Below, piece after piece: positions 1 to 11,370 of a stretch of DNA of 64,000 bases. Position 1 is the stretch's first letter. Each line of letters opens with the position of its first letter. Position numbers and translations under genes: made by a program. This DNA comes from the human T2T-CHM13v2.0 reference genome, Homo sapiens. Below the pieces are notes generated by a model. It had not been told where the DNA came from. It did no database searches and saw only the letters and a list, made by a program, of their open reading frames with translations. Location of the stretch: NCBI RefSeq assembly GCF_009914755.1, contig NC_060930.1; one strand, given 5' to 3'.

Positions 1-304
1 CAGGAAGCCAGTTTGGCACCTCTGTGAAACCTTCAGGGTTGGTGGCCACCATTTCCTCAGAGAAGACATGAAAAAAATGTAATTTAGAGTCAGGAAGATC
101 TGGGTCTGAATTATGGTTGAAAGGATTTTATGAGTCACTTAAGTGCCATGACATATGGAAAGCATTTCCAGTGCCTGGCTATGGGAGGTACTCAATAATA
201 TTAGTTTCATTCCCTGCCTCCTCTTACCTCCTCATTCCCATCCCCTGCAAGGCATATCATTAAAGCCTGCCACTGAGTTCCCAGGAGATTATGCAAAAAG
301 CAAT

Positions 305-2050
305 TTGTTCATCACCAAATATTTCTTGAGCACCTCCTACATGCTAGGCACTGTTCTAGGTGGTAACAACTCATAGCTTTTGCATTCTAATATAGGAAAA
401 CAGATAAAAACAACACACACACACACACACACACACAGAGTTTCAAGTAGAAGAAGGTATAAGTAGAGTAAAGCTCTGGAATATTATTCAAATAGTGGGC
501 TCAGAGAAAATTTGCCTGCAATTTGAGCAGAAACCTGCATAAAGTGAGAAGTCAAGCCATGGGAAGGTCAGAGGACCATTGTTTCAGGAAAAAGAAATGG
601 CTAGGAGAGAAGTGAGCCCGATGGGGTCCAGGACCTCATCAAAAGGCATGAAGTCAAGAATGAACGAAGTGAAGGAAGAGTTGGAAAGATACGGAGGGAG
701 ATATAGGCAGTGGCCAGACCATGAAGAACTTCCAAGCCAGGGAATGAAGTTTGGATTTCATTTGAAATATGATGGAAATCCACTGGAGCTTTTGTAGCAA
801 ATAATGAAAATGATTGAACATTTTGAGGATCACTCTGATATTGTGTGGAGAGTAGGCTGTAGGGAGTGGGGTAGAGGAAGACAGAACAGTAAGAAAACAT
901 CACCATCATCTCCACGAGAAGTAATGACAGTGGAAACAGCCATGAGTAGAGGAACTTAGGATGTACATTGAAGAGAGAGCCAGCAAGCAACAAAACTTGC
1001 TGATGGACTAATCTAGAGAAGTGTGAGGGAAAGAGACCAATCACAGCTGTGGTGTAGGGTCTGAGCAACTATGTGAGAGTGCTGCTGTTTGGTGAAATGG
1101 GGCAGACTGAAGGTAGGTGGATTTGGGAGGGAGAGCCAAGAGTTCTGTTTGACATGTTCATGATGGAGCACTAGCAGGTATTCAGGTGGAGATGTCAAGT
1201 ACACAGTGGAGACTTAGGAGAGGCCAAGATTGGTGAGACCAATTAGGGTATCTAAACCTGAGCCTGGAAAAGTGGAGTCACTGTGGATAGGAAGGGAAGA
1301 GAGTGCTTCAACTGTTAGGAAGACAACCCAACAAAGAAGGCTGTGAAACTGCAGCCAGAGAGACAGGAAGAAAATCGGGCAAGTGAGGTTTCCTTGATGT
1401 CAAGTGAACTGTTTTAAGAGAAAGGAGAAAGCAGTAAGGAGTGATCAACATACAGGTAAGTAATATGAGGGGTAATAATTCTCTACTGCATCAGAAACGT
1501 AGAGGTCATTGGTGGGAGAGATCACCACATGTTAGTATCTTGGTAAGAATGATCCAGTTGAGAGAGGAAAATTTGATGACACAGGAGAGTGAAGACTACT
1601 TTGAGTAGAACTGGTATACTCACAAGTGGGAATTGGTCTTAACTAGGAACAGGGGCAGTTCACCCTTCCTAACTGTGGAGTGTGGGGGTGCCAAAGTTGG
1701 GGTGCAAATCCATGAAGATTGACGCAACTGGTGGAGGGATGGTGAGAGGGGTCTCTTTTGTTTGTTAGTGAAAGAAGAATGGAGGTTGTCCAAGTGTGAG
1801 GAGTGGGGAGGTGATGCTGAAGTTTGGAAGAGACAGGAAAATGTGTGAAAGAGTACTTTTGGAGAGATAGAAAGGGAGTCAAATTGGGAAATACAGAGGG
1901 ATGGCCTGGTAATGCTGAGGGTGCTGCTTGCAATCTGCTGTTGAACATTTGGGTTGGAACAAGCGAGCAAAGATACGTGGTTTTCTTCAGCCAATCAGCT
2001 GCTCAGATGCAGATGTGAGGTAGGCAGAATGTACCCAGGAAAGGGGCTCT
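305..2050 (-). mobile_element. Degenerate LINE-2 (L2)
   Basis: aaatatttcttgagcacctcctacatgctaggcactgttctagg matches the reverse of the L2 3' end, followed by a long purine-rich L2-like body; boundaries approximate. Confidence 0.65.
413..436. repeat. (AC)12 microsatellite
   Basis: Direct reading. Confidence 0.95.
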
Positions 2051-3129
2051 GCCAGGTGAATGAGATGAGGGTAGAGAGGAGCAAATACATATGAGTTATT
2101 GTAAAAATCTCTGAAAGCAGGGCTGCCCTGTGGATAGAAAGTAACACCTTCCTATACAAAAGAGAACACTGATGATAGTCTTTGATAAATTACTGGAGAT
2201 AAAAAACAGGTTATAGGGTTACGTATTTTCTTATATTGTTACCAAAAACATGAACTACACTTTTAGTCTAGATTTATCTTCTCTTATTCAAGTGACACAG
2301 CTGTTTCTTTCACATCCTCTCCTAATCAGCTTTATCCTTGTTCCTTGTGTGTCTGAATGTAATAAATTCTTTGAACCATACACTTCAGGTAACATGTTCT
2401 TATTTAACGTACTCTCAATAATTCCCAGGATGTTTCAGAAAGGTTGGCGAACTATGGTTGGGTTGTCAACTGTGACAGATTTCAGCATAATTTATAGCAG
2501 TGAAAACACGCAGTTCTTTGCAGTTCCATCCCACAGAATCCATTCCAGCACAATAAAAGTCCCTTGGGCTTTTAGAGGAGCAAGTCCATGCAATTGCCTG
2601 CTGGCTAAGAAATCATATTCCTCACCTTGATCTTCCTCTTCAAATCAGATCTCTAAAACACACTTGCTGTTGGGCCCTGGGTATTTGATTTGACCTCGAA
2701 TACTTTTCCTTCTTATATCTCCCAGCCAATAGTTCTCTCAGTCTTATAAATCTTTAAGCAGGACTAGGCTTCGTTATCACTTCTAGAACTCCCTTTTAAA
2801 GTTCAAGAAACTTCCAGTTTTCTAATAAAAAGTGACTAATACTGTCAAAAACCATGATTATACATTTCTTGCTTTTCTTTCATATTTCCAACTGAAAAAT
2901 AACAATTGTTCTCTGACTGACAGTTTATTTCATAGTAGGATCATGCTCTGGCCATGTTATGAAATTTCCCCAGCAGCAACTGAGACCATTTACTGAGAAT
3001 GATACTCTGTGCTGGAAAACCTGTTAGAAGGTAACAAAAATGCCATACTCCAGCCACCTATGCCATGAGGCACCTTCTTATTTCTCAGGATGACCTAATA
3101 GAAGAATAAGAAAGGAAAATAATCTTTGT

Positions 3130-3320
3130 TGACTATTTATAGAGGACCATGCATTTTTCATGTTATTTCACTTAATTCTTAGTTTTAAGGTTATTTATTT
3201 TCCTCACTAGTGAAGAGATTGATGCTATTGAGGTTAAGTAAATTGCCCAAAAAGGTTAATGGGACTAGTAAGTGACTGTCAGAATCCGAACTCAGGACTG
3301 TCAGATTCTATTTATTTGTT
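3130..3320 (-). mobile_element. MIR fragment
   Basis: gaggttaagtaaattgcccaa...ctagtaagtg...gaactcagg core. Confidence 0.55.
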
Positions 3321-3456
3321 TTCCATTTTACCACCTTTCTTTACCAAGCTCTCAGTAGAAATATGATTAAGGAACTGTCCTCGAAACCTTATGCTTTTGT
3401 TGTGTTTAACTATGTTAATGCAGAGTTAGAAATATTAATCCTTTTTTTCTTTATAG

Positions 3457-3492
3457 GGAATAAATGGAAAAGATGGAATACCAGGTGCTCAG
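3457..3492 (+). CDS. COL19A1: COL19A1 exon, 36 nt, GINGKDGIPGAQ
   Basis: ttatag|GGA...CAG|gtatgg; phase 0/0; 4 Gly-X-Y triplets. Confidence 0.95.
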
Positions 3493-3624
3493 GTATGGGA
3501 AATATGATTTAAAATAAAAGTTATAATGCATACTGCATCCAGAATACCTACCAACATTTACATCAATCAGACTGATGAAAAATCTTGGCAAGGAGTGATT
3601 TTCATGTTGACATCTGTTTTTCAG

Positions 3625-3669
3625 GGCATCATGGGTAAGCCTGGAGACAGAGGCCCCAAAGGAGAACGT
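3625..3669 (+). CDS. COL19A1: COL19A1 exon, 45 nt, GIMGKPGDRGPKGER
   Basis: tttcag|GGC...CGT|gtatgt; 5 triplets. Confidence 0.95.
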
Positions 3670-3984
3670 GTATGTATATTACTATTGTGATTGTTATTCA
3701 AGTCTGTCTGTTACAACTGTCCCATCATTTGAGTTACACAATTATGTGTGTAGACACCTGCAAATCACCAAATCTATAAAGGCTAGGGTGTAGGCGATCA
3801 AAGATCTCTACCAGACATTAAATATGACAACGGACTCAGAGCAAGTTATATGGTACATCTATGTAGTTGGCCTTTGTACACAGCCAAGTATACTTTGCTA
3901 TTTAAATTTGGGAAGCTTTTATTATCCTCCTGTCTCAGACATATATCTCTACTATAACCATCACCCATGTTCTTTTTATCTAGA

Positions 3985-4198
3985 GTAAGGTTTCTCAACC
4001 TCAGCACTGTGATTATTCAGGGGCAGATAATTGTTGTGGTTGGCTGTTTGGGAATTGTAAAATGCTTAGCAGCATCTCTGGCCTTCATCCACTAGATGCA
4101 GTAGCGCCACCATCCCTCCAATTGTGACAACCAAAAGTGTCTCCAGACATCACCAAAAGTCTCCTGGGAAGCAAAATCACTGCAATTGAGAACTACTG
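3985..4198 (-). mobile_element. MER20 (hAT-Charlie) DNA transposon relic
   Basis: ggtttctcaacctcagcac...ccactagatgc...gtgacaaccaaaagtgtctccagacat...ttgagaactactg. Confidence 0.8.
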
Positions 4199-4380
4199 AC
4201 ATGCAGAAAAACTAAGTAGAGTAAAGAAGGTGGTGTGAGGGGTTAGAGAAATGGAAAGTGTAACTGAAAGTATAGTGAAGTTACTAGTAATGCCAATTAT
4301 GTTATATGGTTTTGTGTTGTTTGGAGCGTTAATGTCATTATTGCAATTTCTCTTTATTTCCTTTAATGAACCTCAACATT

Positions 4381-4463
4381 TTCTAGTAGAATTGATTTCT
4401 ACTAGAATTAACTTCTACTAGAATTAATTTCCACTAGAATTAATAGAATTAATTTCTAGTAGA
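4381..4463. repeat. 16-nt period tandem array of near-palindromic units TTCTA(C/G)TAGAATTAAT
   Basis: Four full units plus two partial units read directly. Confidence 0.85.
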
Positions 4464-4579
4464 GTCATGCCACTGCAAGAAGTTACTCAAACATTGTTAC
4501 TCAGTGTAATTCTATTAAGGGTTGCTATTGTATGTGAGTGTGGGCACATATGTTTGTATACTGGTGTCTAGTTTGCTAA

Positions 4580-5020
4580 CTTTTATTTATCATTATACAA
4601 GTAATCTATAATAACTGAAGGAAATGTGAAAATACAGATGATGTAAATTTAAAAGGAAATAAATCTACCTTACCCCACTACACAGAGATAAGCACTGTGA
4701 TATTTGTACGTATTTCCATCTCTCTCACTCTAATACATAATATACACATATATTTATATGTATTAATATAAACATATACTTTTCCAAAAAGGAGCTTATG
4801 CTGTCTTGTAAGTGTCTTTTTTCACCTAACGATATATATTGATCTTTTCTTGTCTGTAAATATAGATCTATATCTACCTTTTAATTGCTATATGTTATTC
4901 TACTATTTGACCATACCTTATTTCACTTACCTAGTCCGCTGGACATTTGGATTCCTTCTAGTTGTCATAATAATAAACATCACTACAATGAACATCTTTG
5001 TACCTAACTTATAAAATAAT
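4580..5020 (-). mobile_element. Old L1 (L1ME-like) 3' fragment
   Basis: ccactacacagagataagcactg and ctggacatttgg...acaatgaacatctttgtac motifs typical of an antisense old-L1 3' UTR. Confidence 0.55.
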
Positions 5021-5604
5021 TTTAATATGTTAAAGATTGCATTTATCTTGCACATGATCAGAGTATTAATCATTGATCAAAGTGTGCTAATATTTTTTCT
5101 TGTCATCTCAGAAATTTCTCCAAATGTGAGCTGGAGTGACAGACCTGTATGCAGATATATTTTTATAACTAAGACAGTAGCATTGATACCAGGCCTAAGT
5201 GCTTTTATTTCTTTCTACATGGCTTATTTCCATATCTGATTCTATGATCACACAAATCTCTGTAACTGTTCATTTATTTCTGTTAATTTTTAAGTCAAGA
5301 GAAATTGAGTTTGCCCTTCTGCAGAGTAGTCATAGTTAAAAGAATAATATAATGAGATACAGGACCACTTCAAGCATCATTCCGTCATATTTGGTGTGAG
5401 GATCACTTCCTGGAGTTATGCAACTGAATATTTGAAAATTTATGACTGAAGCAACTGCCATGATCTCTCTCTCTCTCTCTCTCTCATTCTCTCTTGCACA
5501 AACACATACAGTAGTAGACACATTCCAGGATAAAAAACAGCATCAAGCAAACTTCATATCACATTTAGGCACATCTAATATAATATTTTACTAATTAATT
5601 ATGA

Positions 5605-5937
<333 letters not shown>

Positions 5938-6384
5938 TGATTCTTCCATAGTTCATTTATACTATTGAGTAAATGATGTCAGTGACATCCTCCCCCCAGT
6001 CACCTGCTTTGATCTTTTCAATGGTTCTCCCTTCTCACCATCCCGTGGGTATATATTTAGGGCACAGTGATCACACTCAACGTGCACACACACATGCATA
6101 CACGTGTAAAGCACAAATACAGAAAACAAACCTGAAGAGTCTAATAAAGCACAAACAAACAGGGGAAAGCCAGGGGTGGGGAGAGCACATGATTTAGGAG
6201 AGATTTTGAATGTCCTAAAGTTTTTTTAAGTGAAAAGTCTCAGTAATGAGATCCTCTTGGCAATCTTCCTTTATCATTGCAAAGGAGACCCAGACCTCAA
6301 GTGACAGCTGGTATTGACTCAAAACTGCCATCATCCTAGATGGGCAACCAAGCACACCTAACATTCTCTCTATCTTTTTTGTAT

Positions 6385-6590
6385 TAAGTACTGCCAAGGT
6401 GCCAGGCATTGCTCTGAGCACTTTACTTGGGTTAATTCATTTAGTTCTGAAAATCGCCCTATCTAATGGATACTATTAATATGCCCACTTTGTAGGAGAG
6501 GAGGCTAGGACACAGAGAGTTTAAGTTATTTATACAAGGCCCAACAGCTAATAAGTGCCAGTATGAATCCAGAACTTTTGCTCTCAACTA
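6385..6590 (-). mobile_element. MIR
   Basis: gtgccaggcattgctctgagcactttac...acagagagtttaagtta...aaggcccaacagctaataagtg. Confidence 0.65.
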
Positions 6591-6637
6591 CAGCTGATGC
6601 TAGAAGAGATTATTCTTTGTTATTATTTTTTCCTTAA

Positions 6638-6832
<195 letters not shown>

Positions 6833-6939
6833 TAGGGCTCCTGGCTTGTACCGACCATGTATCCCTTTTACAATGAAAGCAATGATACTGCCTTTCAAAT
6901 AAATAAAACAAACCTAAACTGGTCCCCGTGAGGGCAATA

Positions 6940-7165
6940 ATAGCTGTCATTTAAAGTTATGTGCCAGATCCTCTACTAAGCACTTACTATACATTACCTC
7001 ATTTGATCTTCACAATCATTCTGGAAGGATTGGTGTCCTTTTCAGCCCAGTTTTATAAACGCATAAAATGAGCATTAACTTGCCCAAGGTCACAGATTTA
7101 TTAAGTGGGTCAGACCCAGGTCTGGATGGCTTCAAACCCACGCTTTTAACATACCGGTACTGTCT
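6940..7165 (-). mobile_element. MIR
   Basis: taagcacttactatacattacctcatttgatcttcacaa...taacttgcccaaggtcacag. Confidence 0.65.
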
Positions 7166-8877
7166 CTAATGTCTCCTTACACTACACAGAAACCACATAT
7201 GCCTGTTTCATATTGCTATGAAACATGTCCATTTCATACTCTATTTTGTTGAATATCAGAACAAATCTGCCATGAGTAGTGCCTTGAAGTAGAAACCACT
7301 TAGGCCAAGAGTGTTTAGTAAAGGAAGCCCATATCTTTATTAATCCTCAAGAGGAGTGGTGAGTGGCTATTCTGCAGAGAAATTTAATCTGAAAATATCC
7401 ATGTTAGGAAGAAAGGAGGGTCTTGAAGTGAAGTAGGGCAGTTAAAGACACATTCTCCTCAGATAATCAACCAATACCAGATATAAAGCAAAACTGAGCA
7501 TTCATGCAATTTTCATACTTCTATATTTCTGCCCACTGTCCTGAAACTCTACTTGAATAAAGCCTGTGTAACTTCACTCTTGGGGTTGTGTCAGTAATTG
7601 GTATTAGTTGCATTAATTAAAGTTCATTAATGAAATAGAGCATTCTTGGAATTATTCTGTCCTACCGGAATCATCACTTTATAAGCCCATCATATTGGAT
7701 TTTTTTTATTTTTATTTTTTGTCATTCTAAGTCAGTTTGTTGTTACAAATGAACTAGCACCATTATGTTAGGAAACCCCACAACAATACTATTATCACAT
7801 ATCTACACACAGACAGGATAGAGGAATTTTCAGTGAAGAGCGATGAGGAACCTACCCAAGAATGTTTATAATAAATTAAGGCTCACTATCTAAGTAGGCT
7901 CTGCTTCATTCTTAAATTCACATTGCATGGTGATTTTCCGTAGAGCTTCCAACTCTCTCATCTGACCATCTTCTGTTATGGTCTTTGTTCATGTTTATAT
8001 CTCAGAGTGGGGCTTATTGCCTTTGTCACAACCGCCAATCTTCATCATATTGTCTTTAATGCCACACATATACCCCTGGATAATAATCACCAACTATAAA
8101 GAGTAATAAAATACTTTGAAATTCTAACCATCAAGAAAAAAATAATAGCTCCTTTAAAAATATCAAGGCACTATAATAAAACATTACTGTTATAAATGTT
8201 AAATTCTTTGTCAAATGCATGTGGATTTACTTGTCAACAGGTGGAAAATTCAGCTGACATTATTTGCCTGCTTCCTTTTACCAGATCCCAATTAAGAAAA
8301 GAAAATTACTTAATACCTATATACTTGCAATGTGTAAATTACAGAATAAACTTTATGATGAAATGGGTAAAACTTGCTTTTATCCCATGAATACAACATT
8401 TTTGAAAATAATCCAGCATACTTGGAGTTCTGTTCCAGGTTGTCTTCCTTTGAAAATACATTATATCAATTAGATATTGACTTTGCTATCCAGGGATTGG
8501 TTAAAAGTTAAATTGTGATTAGGCTACTAACATCATGTTTATACTTTTTAGATTATTTAACCTTATAAAATGAAGTCATAGGAATGTCTTCCCTAACTGT
8601 ATAAAGCCATGTGTCTCCATTTAATGGGAAACCTGTTGATACCACTGGTTATGATCCCAGCCCATAGCTTTTAAAGCAATTACACACTTCAACTTCTTCC
8701 CAGAATTTGGTCAAAGCAACAGATATTTATTGCCCAATATAATCAATTGCCAAAAGCATTTTTCTTGATAAATGCATCCCTACAGAAGTTTCAAATAGGC
8801 AAGCCAACCCAATATTTCTATTCTTTATTCATTTGTGCTATGCTCTATTTTAACAACCTTTTTTTTTCCTTCTTCAG

Positions 8878-8944
8878 GCTGATGCAGTTTCATTTGAAGA
8901 AATAAAGAAGTATATTAATCAAGAGGTCCTAAGGATTTTTGAAG
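8878..8944 (+). CDS. COL19A1: COL19A1 exon, 67 nt, NC2 first part ADAVSFEEIKKYINQEVLRIFE(E)
   Basis: cttcag|GCT...GAA G|gttaga; phase 0/1; amphipathic non-collagenous segment. Confidence 0.93.
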
Positions 8945-9049
8945 GTTAGATTTTCTTAATAACATTTTCGAATTTTTCACTGATTCCCACCTCCCACCTA
9001 CTATGGGGAATCCCTCCAGCAACATTCTCGAAAGATGGCCATGCCACAA

Positions 9050-10330
9050 AAACCTTAAGGGGCAGCCCATTTTATGATGGGACAGCTCTTTGATGAAAAT
9101 TCTTCTTTATACAAAGTTAACTTTTGCCTCCCTGGAACTTCCTTTCATTATACCTGGTCTGTAAAACAACACAGGTAAAGTACCTGCTTGTACTCACATG
9201 ACAGCCCTTTGAGTATTTTTCAATATCCCTCATACTCCTCCTTAGTTTTCTCTTTTATGGAGTAAATGTGTCTAGCTCCTCCACTATTATCACCCCTGGG
9301 AAATGTTTAATTTATAAATGACTCTCATTTACCAAGGAATATTTTGACCAATGCAGAGTAGTGTCTTTTTATTTAGACCAAAGTCAGCAAACTGTACCCC
9401 CTAGCCAAAGCTATTGCCACCTGCTTTGTACAGCCTACAAACTGAGAATGGTTTTTGCTTTTAGGTAGGGAGCAGTGGGAGTGAGTTATATTTTTAAACG
9501 GTTTTTAAAAATCAAAAGATATTTCATGATATGTGAAAATTATCTGAAATTTGAATTTGTTTCCATAAATAAAGTATGCACATTCCTTCGCCTCTTTTCT
9601 CTGGCTGTTATCCCACTACAGCAACAGGACTGAGCAATTGTGACAATATGGTACATAAAGGCTTAAATATTTTCTATCTGGCCCTTGCAGAGAAAGTTCT
9701 GACCCCTGCTCTAGATACTTCAATAATTCATCCTAAGATGTATTGCTTTTTGGAAAAAAGCATCCATATTATTCTGTTGATTCATTACGAGTTTTCAGTT
9801 AACTAACAGCCCTGGATCTTCCTTATAAAAATATTTTTAAATGAGGTGTTTCTCATTATGGACTGTGTGTTTATTTTTTGAATCTAAGTGTGTGATCTTA
9901 TGTTTCCTCTTATTAATTTCAAATCATTTGTGTTCATATCTTGTTCCAACCTGAAGATGTCTTTTGAAATGTTGTCTCTTGAAGAGCAGGTTGGCTGACC
10001 CTATAACTTTGTGTCATGCTAAATTTCATAAGCATGTCATCATTCTAGCTGTTGATAGAAATGTTGACTAAAAAAGCCAAGAGTCAAGGATTAGGTCTTT
10101 CCAAATGCCATGGGATTCTTTCTGTCCACTTGTAAATCATCTTCTAATCTATTGTTTAGTGAGCTCTGAATCCATTTCATTGTCCTAAAACTCACCCTAC
10201 ATTTCTTTGTCTATTTGCAAGGAATTGACAGTATCACATGATTTTGACAAATGGTTTGCTAAAATCAAGATTACTCTTCTGAACTGTAAGATTTAACAAA
10301 TGAATCCATGTTGGCTCTCATGGTTCCTAC
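9050..10330 (-). mobile_element. Degenerate L3/CR1 LINE interrupted by MER58
   Basis: ttccaacctgaagatgtcttttgaa...ctttgtgtcatgctaaatttcataagcatg...ttgatagaaatgttga resembles the CR1/L3 RT region in antisense; boundaries rough. Confidence 0.5.
9378..9712. mobile_element. MER58 (MER58B-like) hAT element
   Basis: gtcagcaaactg start; end aaatattttctatctggcccttgcagagaaagttctgacccctg. Confidence 0.75.
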
Positions 10331-10555
10331 TTCCTTTGCTTAGCATCCATAAGCCAAAAATAGATTGTTGAATTTTTTTAAGGAATAAGATTATAAGATG
10401 CCCCAAGTCGATCTTGACTCCATTGCTTCAAACACGGACTCAGATCTTCTCCAAGGAGTCTTGATTATTTTAAATAATAATTAACAGTAGAGACTGAAAT
10501 CTTGGTGCTTGGATGCACGTTATCTTACTTTATATGAGAACTAGAAATACAGTAG

Positions 10556-10891
<336 letters not shown>

Positions 10892-11209
10892 TAAGTATCT
10901 TTATCTTGCTCTGATATGACAGTTTACTAATACATTTGTCCACTCTTTTGTTGAGCTACCAGTAATTTTAATGTTGCCCTTAAATTTTGAGGTCTTTTCT
11001 TTCTTTCTCTTTCATTCTTTCTTCTTCTTTCTTTCTTTATTTCTCTCTCTCTCTTTCTTTCTTTGTTTTTTTTGACCCTTGAATCAAACATTGTGGACTA
11101 GACTCTAAACTTTGCTTTCCAAACACTCATTTCCCCGTCAGGAAGTTTGAAAAAAAGGCAACTGTTTGAAAAAAGACATCTCAAGCTCTTCAGGGGAATA
11201 CTGAAGAAT

Positions 11210-11370
11210 ATACCCATGGCTACATAATTTGCGGTGTTCAGTGCACAGTGAAAATGCTGGCACACTTGTTAAAAAATGATTAAGAATTTTAAGACAGCAA
11301 TAGTAAAGCCGTAAACTAAACATGGGGCCCTATGTGACTGCATAGGTAGCCCGGACATGCTAGTCCTGGG
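11210..11370. mobile_element. MER91-like hAT-Tip100 relic
   Basis: ataatttgcggtgttcagtgcacagtgaaaatg...ttaagaattttaaga...ggggccctatgtgactgca. Confidence 0.65.

Noticed and set aside
1445-1462. Perfect tacag|gtaagt motif (possible recursive splice site or cryptic donor)
   Set aside because: Upstream sequence is purine-rich with no polypyrimidine tract, and it lies within an L2 relic
579-2630. Cluster of 60-155 aa ORFs on both strands
   Set aside because: Mostly within a degenerate, strand-biased L2 where stop-poor frames arise by chance; no recognisable protein
3493-3624. 132-nt COL19A1 intron (multiple of 3) as an in-frame retained intron
   Set aside because: In-frame TGA at the fifth codon (GTA TGG GAA ATA TGA)
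4381-4463. Palindromic repeat array as CRISPR-like
   Set aside because: No spacers, eukaryotic intron, no cas genes; reported as a tandem palindromic repeat instead
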